Part shown: positions 21,749 through 32,034 of the stretch, in pieces
Layout of the letters: each line of letters starts with the position of its first letter
Numbering within the stretch: position 1 is the first letter of the stretch
From: Cyanidioschyzon merolae
Lineage: Eukaryota
Assembly: GCA_000091205.1 (NCBI GenBank)
Contig: AP006489.2
Direction: 5' to 3' (one strand)
Length of the DNA: 64,000 nt
Made by a program: the position numbers and the translations under genes
The notes under the pieces: model-generated
Told to the model about the DNA's origin: nothing
What the model saw: the letters and a program-made list of their open reading frames with translations, nothing else
Database searches by the model: none

Positions 21749-23497
21749 ATCCCAAGGTTTTACAGAAAGAAAAACTCCTCAGGGGTACCCAGAACACCGA
21801 GTACTTTGCCTAGATAAACCACAACGCGATCATGGCGTGAAATCCGAACTGGATGCGGTGGCGCGGTGCGCGTAGGGCTTTCTAGTTATTTGCGACAATG
21901 TGGACAGGACCTGGAAGCAGCCGCACGCGTTACCAACCAATGGACGGCGGGCGTGAACGAGGCGTTTCGATCGCGCGCGCAGCTGCCTGCCTGCTTGACT
22001 GCCTGGCTGGCGCAGCGACGTCCCGGGCGCGACGCTCGAGGCAAGAGCGCCTCCATCGCTGCTGGAACGTTTGCGCTGGGCGATGAGCGCACCAGCGATG
22101 ATCACCGGAATGACACCCGACATCGATGAAGCTCTTCGTGAACAAGGTATGATCTCAGGGTGACGTTTCAAGACCGGGAAGCATCGGTACTGTGCGAGGG
22201 ACGCGATCCCGCGGCGTTTCAGCGGACGTCGATTTTCATCGATGCGATGGATGTTGCCATGCCGCGGCTCCTGGGCAGGCACAAAGGCGTTGTCATCCAT
22301 GGTGGATGGCATTGACTACGGCGCGGTGGCGAGTCGTTTCTGCGCGAGCATGCGTCAACACGCGTGCCTTGGGCTGGATGCGGATGAACGCGTAGCGCAC
22401 TGAACGCGAGGTTGCTCACAATCGGACACTTGTCGCTCCTCCGAGCTGCATGGAAGCGACTGCGCGCTCGCACGACTAGGCCAACTGCTCGATGGTGTGC
22501 GCGTCCGCGAAACGGGCACATACCAATGGCTGTTCTGTACTGCACATCTCTCGGAAAGAGGCCAGTGCGGTACACCGGGACGTGCAAGCACTCGGCACAC
22601 CACCGACCTGAGATGCGCCTGTCGCCTCGGGCGACGCTGCCGGGCGGTGGCACGGCAGGCCCTCGCATCCACGCGATCGACCTCATCGAACGATACTCGG
22701 TTCATTTGAGTTTACGCATTCGAGGTGAATATGTGTATCAGGGGCATTAATCTATGAACTGACTCGCGCGTACCGCTGTTCGGATGGAGTACAGAGACCG
22801 ATCTCTCAATGAGAGCATCAGCCACAGGCAGCAGTATCACGGTTATGAATCCATGATCTGATGCACGCATTACGCTTCCCCCTCAAAATGAATATGTTGG
22901 TGTCCCGCACGCCCGGTTTCAATCCAAATCACGCAACGGTTCTCACGTCTTGGCAGATGCCCGCAGAAACGCAAGGCAGCCCAGCCCGACGCGTCCGTGT
23001 CGTCATCGACCAGGACCGCGCTCGGGGGATCCAGCGCCAACGACTCCGACCGCAGGAAGCGTGCGCTCCAGATGTCGCTCATCGCCGCACGTCCACTTTA
23101 TACAGAGATGTACCGAACACCACCATCACGCCACCAGCGTTACGCGGATCAGCGGATCGGCGTTCATGCCTGTGCACGCACGCACGCACGCACCTGCGCA
23201 TGATCGCGGGCGGTGTCGCTCAGCGAGAGCTCCCGCGCGCTCATCATCGCCGTGCGCTCGGCGAGGGCTCGAGCGCGCACGCGCACACACACACCCTTCC
23301 CGCAGCGCTCTCCCGCGGATGGCCTCAGCACGTGAGCAGCGCCTCGGGGGGCGGTGGCTGTGCGCTCACCGATCGCCGTCACGAGGCGAACAGCCGCAGG
23401 GCGTGTGCGCTCAGCGACAACAGGTGTGAGCACGCAGCACACGAACACTTGCCCTGGAACGAGGTTTTGCTAGAAAGGAATAGCCCAGAAGCGTGCA

Positions 23498-24043
23498 ATG
23501 TTTGTAACTACTCCTCTTTCTCTGAAGAATAGTAAGGTCAGCACACGGTCTAGTTGCTGTGTGCAACGAGCACGGCGCTCGACCGGTGTGGCGAAGCTCG
23601 CTATGAAGGAGGCTTGGGTGCGTTTGGTGCCCACGAGCGACTTGCAACCCGGCGAGCTGCGCACGGTCACGGTTGCGTCCCAGCTTGTGCTGGTGGCCGT
23701 AGATCAGGACGGTAGCGTGTTTGCGACCCAGGGCTACTGCAGTCACTTGGCGGTGCCGCTGGATACGGGCTCTATCGGCGACGGCGTGCTCACCTGCTCA
23801 CAGCACCGCTCGTCGTTCGACCTGAAGACCGGTGAAGTGATTTCGTGGTGTACGTTCCCGCCGATTCTGGGTCCACTTCTGGGTAAACTACAACCGCCAA
23901 CACCCATCTCGGTGTACCCGGTTCGTGAGAACGCCGGCTACATCGAGGCGTATCTGCAGGTGGACGCAAAGGATGAGTTCGAGAAGCAGTACTGGAAAGG
24001 CATCTTGGACGCTCAAGGCAAGGCAACAGGTGGTTACTATTGA
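23498..24043 (+). CDS. Rieske [2Fe-2S] domain ferredoxin-like protein
   Basis: Both cluster ligand boxes are present: CSHLAVPL (CxH) and CSQHRSSF (CxxH). The domain is small (about 145 aa). The upstream 35 aa are Ser/Arg-rich, so the start could be 23498 or 23603. Confidence 0.75.
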   Translation: MFVTTPLSLKNSKVSTRSSCCVQRARRSTGVAKLAMKEAWVRLVPTSDLQPGELRTVTVASQLVLVAVDQDGSVFATQGYCSHLAVPLDTGSIGDGVLTCSQHRSSFDLKTGEVISWCTFPPILGPLLGKLQPPTPISVYPVRENAGYIEAYLQVDAKDEFEKQYWKGILDAQGKATGGYY

Positions 24044-24514
24044 GTTACCGCAGCCGTGTACAAGTGCCTACCATGGCGCGAAGCGCTCGCAGTTGAAGGT
24101 GATACTGTGAACGATGGCAACAGCAATGACGCGCAGCGTGGCGAGGCCAGCACTGATCGCAGCACTGGGCTACCACCCGCATGCCACTTGTGCCATTTTT
24201 ACGCGGATACAGGGGATGCACCACGGAAGCGGTCAACCGTTGCGTGCTGCTGGAGCGCACACCTGCATGCGTACGTCTTCCTCTTTCACCTTGGGGTAAC
24301 CGGCACGTTTATCCCAAGCGCCACCGCACGGCATGCTTTTCGGGACCTTGTTTGCAGATGTACGCGCCATGGGCACGAGGCTCGACAGATGCGTGGGTTT
24401 CGGCATACTGGAGGCACCCGTCAGCATCGTCATCATTCTGAGGTATTCATCGCTATGGTAGGTTTCTGAACGGGTAAGCGAGAGGTGCTTTTTCATAAAC
24501 TGCTTCGGGTTTGC

Positions 24515-26149
24515 TTACACGGTTGTCTTTCGATACACCAGACGCGTCTCCCCGTGTCGCCATACTAGGAAATCGTCGCTTGATAAACCTGCTGCAGTTA
24601 GCGCCTGCGCAAGCCTTCGCTCCGGATCGCCGAGGCCCTCGTCCGTCAGCACAAACGTGGAGTGGTGCATTGCAACGCTCGACCTCGCTCGTACATCCCG
24701 ATGAATGGCTACCGAATCCACTGGATCTACATGAAAGCGGCTCATAAACCATCGCGGTGAATAGGCACCAATAGGGATCATGGCGAAATCGAAGGGACCC
24801 CACTTGTCGCCAATCTCTCGAAACACAGGGCAAGGTGCTCGCTGCGGGTGCTGGACCGCCAGCTGCTCGCGTTCTTTTTCTGTCGGATACGGATAGCTCG
24901 GGTCATCCTCTCGAATGACGCGGTAGGCAGTATCTCCGGCAAAATAACATCGAAAGTCCGTCTCGATATCCCGGAGCACCCAACCGCCCCAGAGTGTCTG
25001 ATTTCGATCCCAGAGCGTGCGGCCCGTAGCGTGCTGTGCCGGCACAAACGTGACCTCGAGTCGCCCGAGTCTCCTTTGCTCGTACCAGTCCAGTTCATAG
25101 ATCTGGTGCGAGGCCGGCACTTGTCCGCCCCAAAGCGGATTCTTGTCTCGTAGCAACGACTCGACACCCAGAGGAACCAGCCAGGAGATCGTACGACGCT
25201 GCGCCCTGGCGCTCGCTACGAGCGCCCGAATCGTTCCAATATCACAGTGATCGTAATGGTTATGACTGATGCACACAACATCAGGTAATGGGCATTCTTG
25301 GAGAGGCGCTGCCCTGACAAGCCGTTTCGGGCCCAGGAATGACACTGGACTTGCCCGTTCCGAGAAAATCGGGTCCAAGTACACGGTGGTGATACCGTTG
25401 GGAAGATCGTATCGGCGCCCGGCGCAGTTCGTCGGCTGTGTCGCTTCATCAGTATCGCTTCGCCCAGGAAACTGTAAGATGAAGCTGGCATGACCAATCC
25501 AAGTGGCAGCTATCGCCGCCTGCTGGGGTTCCACGTTGCCCACGAGACTCCAGTCCGGAGTACGTGCTGCTGCCTGCAGTGCTTGTCGCTGCTCCTGCGT
25601 CACTCTACTCGTCTCCTTGTTCCAGACGCTGCGGACGCGCCAGATGTCCTTTAGCGGGGGCGGGTCCGCCTCCGAGGTCCACGGGTTGCGAAAACCGCAC
25701 AGCCGACCGTTCGCGTCGCGCACGTGGTGCTCCCGAGCACCCGACGGTGCGGCTGCCTTGCGTGTTGCATCCGGTGCGGTCGGGGCTGTCGCCTCGAGAT
25801 CAGACTCGCAAGTTCCAGCGCCAACAGCGAGCGGAGAGCTCATGCGCAAACCGCGCTGACGAGCCCCGACACTCGCTTGTTTGGGCGCACTTGCACTCTT
25901 CGTTGTCGCAGTCGTTGCGCTGCGCTGAAACTCAGAATCGTACTCACGTTCGAGTTCCTGAGCCTTCAACTGTACTCTGCTACAGATCCGCCGAAGTTGT
26001 CTCTGCCAGCTGCGGTACAGTGACGCAGCAGCCGTGCTCATGTAGAACCTGCAGCAAGTCTTTGCTAGGCGCATCGGATGCCACCATCCGATGCGAAAAA
26101 CTGCGCTGGCGCCCGGCAGGGCACAGCTGTGCTTTTTCTCCAGTTCCAT
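24515..26149 (-). CDS. NAPE-PLD / FMP30-like metallo-beta-lactamase-fold hydrolase
   Basis: 544-aa ORF with the VVCISHNHYDHCD (HxHxDH) zinc motif and flanking similarity to N-acyl-phosphatidylethanolamine-hydrolysing phospholipase D. Confidence 0.8.
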   Translation of the reverse strand: MELEKKHSCALPGASAVFRIGWWHPMRLAKTCCRFYMSTAAASLYRSWQRQLRRICSRVQLKAQELEREYDSEFQRSATTATTKSASAPKQASVGARQRGLRMSSPLAVGAGTCESDLEATAPTAPDATRKAAAPSGAREHHVRDANGRLCGFRNPWTSEADPPPLKDIWRVRSVWNKETSRVTQEQRQALQAAARTPDWSLVGNVEPQQAAIAATWIGHASFILQFPGRSDTDEATQPTNCAGRRYDLPNGITTVYLDPIFSERASPVSFLGPKRLVRAAPLQECPLPDVVCISHNHYDHCDIGTIRALVASARAQRRTISWLVPLGVESLLRDKNPLWGGQVPASHQIYELDWYEQRRLGRLEVTFVPAQHATGRTLWDRNQTLWGGWVLRDIETDFRCYFAGDTAYRVIREDDPSYPYPTEKEREQLAVQHPQRAPCPVFREIGDKWGPFDFAMIPIGAYSPRWFMSRFHVDPVDSVAIHRDVRARSSVAMHHSTFVLTDEGLGDPERRLAQALTAAGLSSDDFLVWRHGETRLVYRKTTV

Positions 26150-26778
26150 GCAGTGCAGCGATTGTTGGAAAATCCATGCAAGGATACCCTTTTTTTTCTC
26201 TGTTTCCTCGTAGTCGTTCTAAAAAAGGGATTTCTCCCGGAGATTGGAGCAGGATCGCAATAGACTTTATGGTGGCAGGGCGAGCTTGCGAAAGACTGCC
26301 TTACTTGGACATATTGGTTTTTGTACGGTCTGCGGGTGCATGAACTATCCTTCTCATGTCGTCCACATGCTGCACGTTGTGCACTCGAGGCGGAGCTTAT
26401 CAAACTCTATCTAGATGATTGTGCACATGTCCGTGCATTCGACTTCATACGTTGTCTACGAAATATTACGAATGAAGCTAAAGGGTGAGAAGTTTCGATT
26501 CCATTGATCCGGATATGGATGAAGCGACACGAATAGACAACATGAAGAGCACGTCGCAATGCGAAACCACCACGTGTTTATCAGAGATACGACTGATTTC
26601 GTATGGAAGCGCTGAGTCGCATTCCAGGAGAGACGGGTTCGCGTCGCACTCGATGAGACTCCATTCGAGGAACATGGAAAACCTGTATATGGGTACGCAA
26701 ATAGGGGTCAACAGCTGTTCGTAAAGAAGGGACAGGTAACCTTGAAGACAACTTCAGGTCTAATGGCTAATCAGGTGT

Positions 26779-27144
26779 ATGGTCGCCCGCAAATCGCCAA
26801 ACTGGCGGGATCGTTCGACGTCTTGGTGCTTCATCGAACCAGGCCTCGTGGCCTCTCCTTCCCACTTGTTTTGTGTCCTGCTCGTAGACAGCGTCACTGT
26901 GCATGAATCAAAGGCAGTCGAGTCGTCCGCAACAGAGATTATCGTTGAGCTGCTCTTCATGCCTGCCGGTTCTGCCTGGTTCAACGCAGTCGAGGATATC
27001 TGGTGTAGTGTCGAACACCAATTTTACGCGTCCGGATCAATAGCCGAGTCGTTCGCATCCGCACCACTGTCCTTTGATGAATTTTGGTCCACATGCGCGA
27101 GCTTTGATATGCTCTATTCTTGTTTACTCGTGTGCGGAAGTTAG
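26779..27144 (+). mobile_element. degenerate Tc1/mariner-superfamily (DDE_3-type) transposase remnant
   Basis: The ORF fragment contains …IVELLFMPAGSAWFNAVEDIW… (about nt 26941-27019), matching the characteristic …LPPYSPDLNPIExxW motif at the C-terminal end of Tc1/IS630-type transposases. The rest is decayed. Confidence 0.45.
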
Positions 27145-30039
27145 CGGGGGGCTGTCTCAGTCCATGATCGCGTCGCTCCGGAGCAGGCGATCAAGAAAAC
27201 TTTCTTGAGGATTCGCAGGTTCAGCATCGAAAGGTCGAGCTTCACAACGTATGTCCGTCTGGTGCATGTGAATTCCGAGTAAAAACCGGGTACAGAGAAT
27301 GCCGACTGTACTCACGCCACAAGACGAGGAAACCACCAGACAAGGAAATGAAAGATCCGTTGGAACAAAAGGACGAGGAAGGACGCGAAATAGAAACTTG
27401 CTGATCGGAAACATCAGGCTGAAATCGTTGCCAAGATCTCTCCAAAGAATCACGTCAATGTTGAGCACCTCCCGAAAAATGAGATGCAGGACGTAACGAC
27501 GGTTTGCCTGGTTTCCCTCGCCTTGAAGCACCTACTGAAGCGGTTTCTCGGGGGGCTCCGGACGCTATGCTGCCAGTCATCCACATTCTTCCAGCATTTT
27601 TCGATCCAATCTTCATGCAGCAATACAGCTGACACTATGGACCGCAGATGCAACACGGTCTGATTGCAGGATCTGAGCATCGGACACACGCTACCTAGAA
27701 TGGCTTGACGTGGTGCGATGCCACATCGGTGAATGGAACGCCCACAGCGCACGAGCCAAACAGTGTGAAACCCATCTCGAAGTCTATATACTGGTCAGTA
27801 TCGCGCGCTTGTTGAAGTGCATGCCGTCAGCATTCCACCTTCATGTTAGACGACCACAAAATTAGAGTCTTATGAAAGGGATCCTTGGGGTGTCGACAGA
27901 GGCAACTGATGAGCCGCTGGTGCCTGGTTCGGAACTAATGTCGCAACGAAAGCGCACGTCGCAGCAGCTCATCCAAACGCATTGTATTGCTCGCGGCCTC
28001 ATTCCGATGGACATCGTATCCAATGGATGGTTGAAGCGCGATGCCTGCAATCCTCGCATCCCACTCGACAACCATTTCCTGAGCAGAGCCTTCCGAGGTA
28101 AAACGACACGCTGCAGATCCGCACGTCGTCGCTTCATCGAGCTTCGATTCGATATGGTCCAGAAATCCGCGATCGAGACGCATCATATCATAGTAGAATT
28201 TCTCAGTCGTGAAACATCTCGTCAATGAGCTAGGGCTCGTCTCTGCGGGCAAGTATACAGCATTCGAAAAATTCCTCGAAGAGCATGGACAACGTTCATT
28301 CGGGGTTTCTCGTTTCCACGGAGCAAATGTAGAGCAGCGTACAGGCATGACCGAAAGCGGCGGTATATCCATCTGCATGTACTTGGTAAAACTCGGAGAA
28401 TCGTGGTCTAAATCGAGCGCCGATACTCACCTGCAACCGTTTAGTGTAGACGACGAGAAACTCTCCAAAGTGAGTTTTGATCCACGGTTTGAAGAACGTC
28501 ATGGCCGCCGCCATGCCCCTCAATCAAGAGTACGGACCCCAAGACCTGAATGACAGACAGGTGATGCTGGTCAATGGTTGCAGGGCTGGGCATCACCGCG
28601 AGTCGGGCGTGATGCATTCCAGACGGCATCGCAGGACATCGAATGACGGCCTTGGGAAGCATTTCGAAGCGCCAGGCACCGTATCGAGCAGCTAAGGATG
28701 CTTTGTACGCTTCATCTATGGATTACGTCAGCGTCCACGCAGCGCTTGAGGGCGATTTTCGGCAGCAGTGCACGAGATCGAGCCATTGCGATGGCCAACG
28801 GTGTTTGATCCTGCGGAGCCAAGAGGCATGCATTTGCCAACTTCTTTAACTCGTTGGAATGGGGATTGCATTGCGTGTCACGTCGTTTGGTGGTAGCGTA
28901 TGACACCGAACGTGCAGCAGCGTGGAAGCACTGCGCTCGTGCTCGGTCCCTGCGAGCGTCCACCGAGTCCAGGAATCGACTCATTACGACGGACATCGAT
29001 GCGTGCATCACGAGCACGAGTGCACCCTGAAGCGGATAGAGAAGAAGCGCACGTCATAGAGCCGGATGCATGAGATAACGTACGATACGCTGACGGGACA
29101 TCAGTTTGCAAATGAGTCAAAAGTGAGAGCCTTGCTCGGGTCGAATGCCACGCGCAGGTGCTCGCTGTACCAGGACTCGGGCGCATCGGCCTATATCCGT
29201 AATGATGTCTCATGCGATCGGAGCGACCATTGGGTTTGTGTCGGGCGCACTTTCGAAGCAATGGTTTCGTATTCGGTGTGGGTATCATGCTGAAACGCTG
29301 AAGACTCTCAATGAAAGAAATCAGGTACCAGGAGAGATGACCTTGGATTCCCGATCGGAACAAGGCGCTCGTCTTGTACAGTAACCAATCCAGCGGAACT
29401 AGCGCTACGTATCCATATTCACCGAAAAAAGCTTTCCAGGTCAATCGTTCAACGATACTTGTGCTTCATGCCTCGATATCGCTGAGTATCTCAGCTGGCT
29501 GCTGGGCGCAGGTTGCATCGCGGACGCATCAGCAATGCCGCTTGGCTGGGTCCAGGAACGCAACCCGCCGTGCCGGATTGGCATGGCATCATGAAGTGCT
29601 CGCTCTGTTCCCGCCTTGGATGTCTCCGAATCATTCTTTAGATGTGCAACCATGCCATTCGACGTGATGCAACAAGGGCTTGCGGAATCAAGCCTCGTAT
29701 GAGGATTCTCGGTTGCCGTTTCGAAGTGGCGCATCCGATGCATTGTCGCTGAAATTCGTTGCGTTCTCTGTATCAAGAGCGTTCGCGAGGCCCTCAATCA
29801 GGGATTCGGAACGAATGGGTATCACCGTGGAATTCCCGCGTACATGCCATCACCCTTCACCTGTCCACGCGTGTGTGGCAGGGACGAATCACGCATGCTT
29901 CAAGAGTTTGGCACTTGCATTTCATGCCAACACGTTTGTGCGGCATCTCCCCGCCGCTCGATTGGCGAAGAAGAGCATTCGACTTTATTTTTCTTGACGA
30001 CTTTTGCACAAGCCCATGCCAAGAGTTCAATGCTCTTTA

Positions 30040-30400
30040 TCAAGTAATCGATTCCGTTCGGAGAGACAACGTCTCGTCTATTTGTGGCCATCGAAGAAAC
30101 CGTATTCGACAGCAGCATTTTACGGCTTGCGCGATGTGCGCTCTGGGGCTCGCGTCTCGTCGACTTCCACCGGAAAGCGTCTTGGGCTGGGCTTTGATTT
30201 GTGGGAACGATCGCTGGCGGCGGCAAGTGCATCATCGCTTTGCACAATGCAACCCAAGATGGATAGAAAAATTTCCTCGACTTTTTCGTGAGCCTGGCGT
30301 CCACTTTCAATACTGTGTTCATCATCGAAGACACCACGTTTTGCACATCCCCAATCGAATGGAAAGCCCTGCGTCTGTCTGTACGGCAGACAACAACGTC
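30040..30400. repeat. diverged fragment (C) of the dispersed repeat family
   Basis: It shares …ctatttgtggccatcgaagaaacc… and VSSMAT-encoding segments with copies A and B. Similarity is weak and the boundaries are approximate. Confidence 0.35.
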
Positions 30401-32034
30401 CTTTTCAACAGGGTCATACAGACGAAAAGCCGTTGATCATCGGGTACAGCACCGGGCGCGTATACCTAGGCAGGTACCGAGCAGAGGCATCGGTACCCGT
30501 CAGGCGCATGTTCCGAACGATGAAGCAAGCCTGTAGGCGCCGCAGGATAGCATCCGGAGAGGGCGATATTGTGGCCATATAGGAACATCTGACCATGATC
30601 GAGTATCAGTGCTGCGATAAGCGCACCTCCGCTCCATACAAACACGACGAAAATCGCAGTCGAAGCATAGATCGCGTTTACCGTATGCGCACGGAACCCA
30701 TCAACAACCGTCGGAAGCAGTCAAATCGGGACTTGTGCGCTTCCATCAGCATCCTTCGGTTGCGGATGGCGGAGCTGGAGCGAAAGAAGAGACAGGCTGA
30801 TCTAGGGCCGGAGAAACGGGAGCTCCAGGAGGAGGCATCCTCCGAAAAAACCAACCACATTCTCTTGTTCAGCATAGTTGGCTGCATCCGAAGCTTTAGT
30901 GTGTGTACGGCCGTCGCAGACAGCCTGTCCCATTGCATGCTGTCATGATGGTAAAAAAAGCTGCTATGATGCAGCGCTTGAAGCACCGCGGCGGACGTCG
31001 CATGCAGCCAGCACGCCCCTGTGGAGCCGTCAGGGACGTCGCCACGAGGCACGGCAAGTCTACCGTCAGACAGGCATCGTCCGGTGAAGGTGCGCTATTC
31101 TGTGCCATAGGGCTGGTGAAGGCGCCGAGAGACCCACAACGAGCCTCGCCTTGGAGGTCGGGGGGTGTCTTTTCCAGCGTTTTCCCGGGAGGCGTCTGTC
31201 ACGACGGTGCTCGCACGACCAGCACCGAAGCGCCGTCTAGGTACCGAATGTTTGCCGATGCACACGAGGTCATCTCGAATACCTCTGATGCCGCACGTTG
31301 CTTCTCCGGATGGAGCTACGCGAGGCAGCGTTCACGCCGAGCGAGGTGCGCGCCCAGATTACGACGCGATCGAGCCGGGACTGGAGGATACTCGCGCGGC
31401 TCCGTCAGGTTGACGCTTGGGCTGGAAAGGGGGTTTTCGAGTCTCAAAAACATCATTGAAAGTAAAGCGTATTATGATTGGCCCGCCTAACCGCAAACTA
31501 CTGGAATCCACTGGCAGCAACTCGTGACTGACTACTCAGCCACAGCGTAAGCTTTTCCGCCTAGCTCAGTTTCGGTAGGCCGCAATGTCTCCCGCGCGAC
31601 ACCAACGGGTAGTCTGTCAAGAGTCTACAGCAGTCGTGCCCAGTACAGCGTGCACCAGTGTTGTCTATTCGCCTGGGGCTAAACGAACTCTTTGTTCTGC
31701 TGTTGAAAGCAGCCGCCTACTGACGTGCGTGCGCGCTTTGCACCCCTTGTCTGAGACATTTCAGTGAATTCGCTGCTCGAAATGCACACTTCGGGATATA
31801 CCTCCTCTGAGTCCTCTTTTAAGACGTTTCAGAAGCATCGCTGCTTCAGGTGAAAACCTAGGAGCGTGTCCAGCTGAGCTCCAGTCCAAACAGGCTTCGT
31901 GCAAGCTGAGCCTCCAGCGCATCCAAGTGTGGCGCTGTCCGCAGGCGACGGTGCGACACGACCCTGCATTGGCAGCGACACAGCCGACGTATCTCCTGCC
32001 GCCCCAGACACATACCTAGACACCTCTGGGCCTG

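Noticed and set aside
22861-23532. Arg/Ala-rich ORFs in the 22.9-23.5 kb spacer (22861..23532, 22950..23429)
   Set aside because: These are low-complexity translations of GC-rich (GCAC)n or (CA)n-like DNA with no similarity and overlapping frames. They are treated as intergenic.
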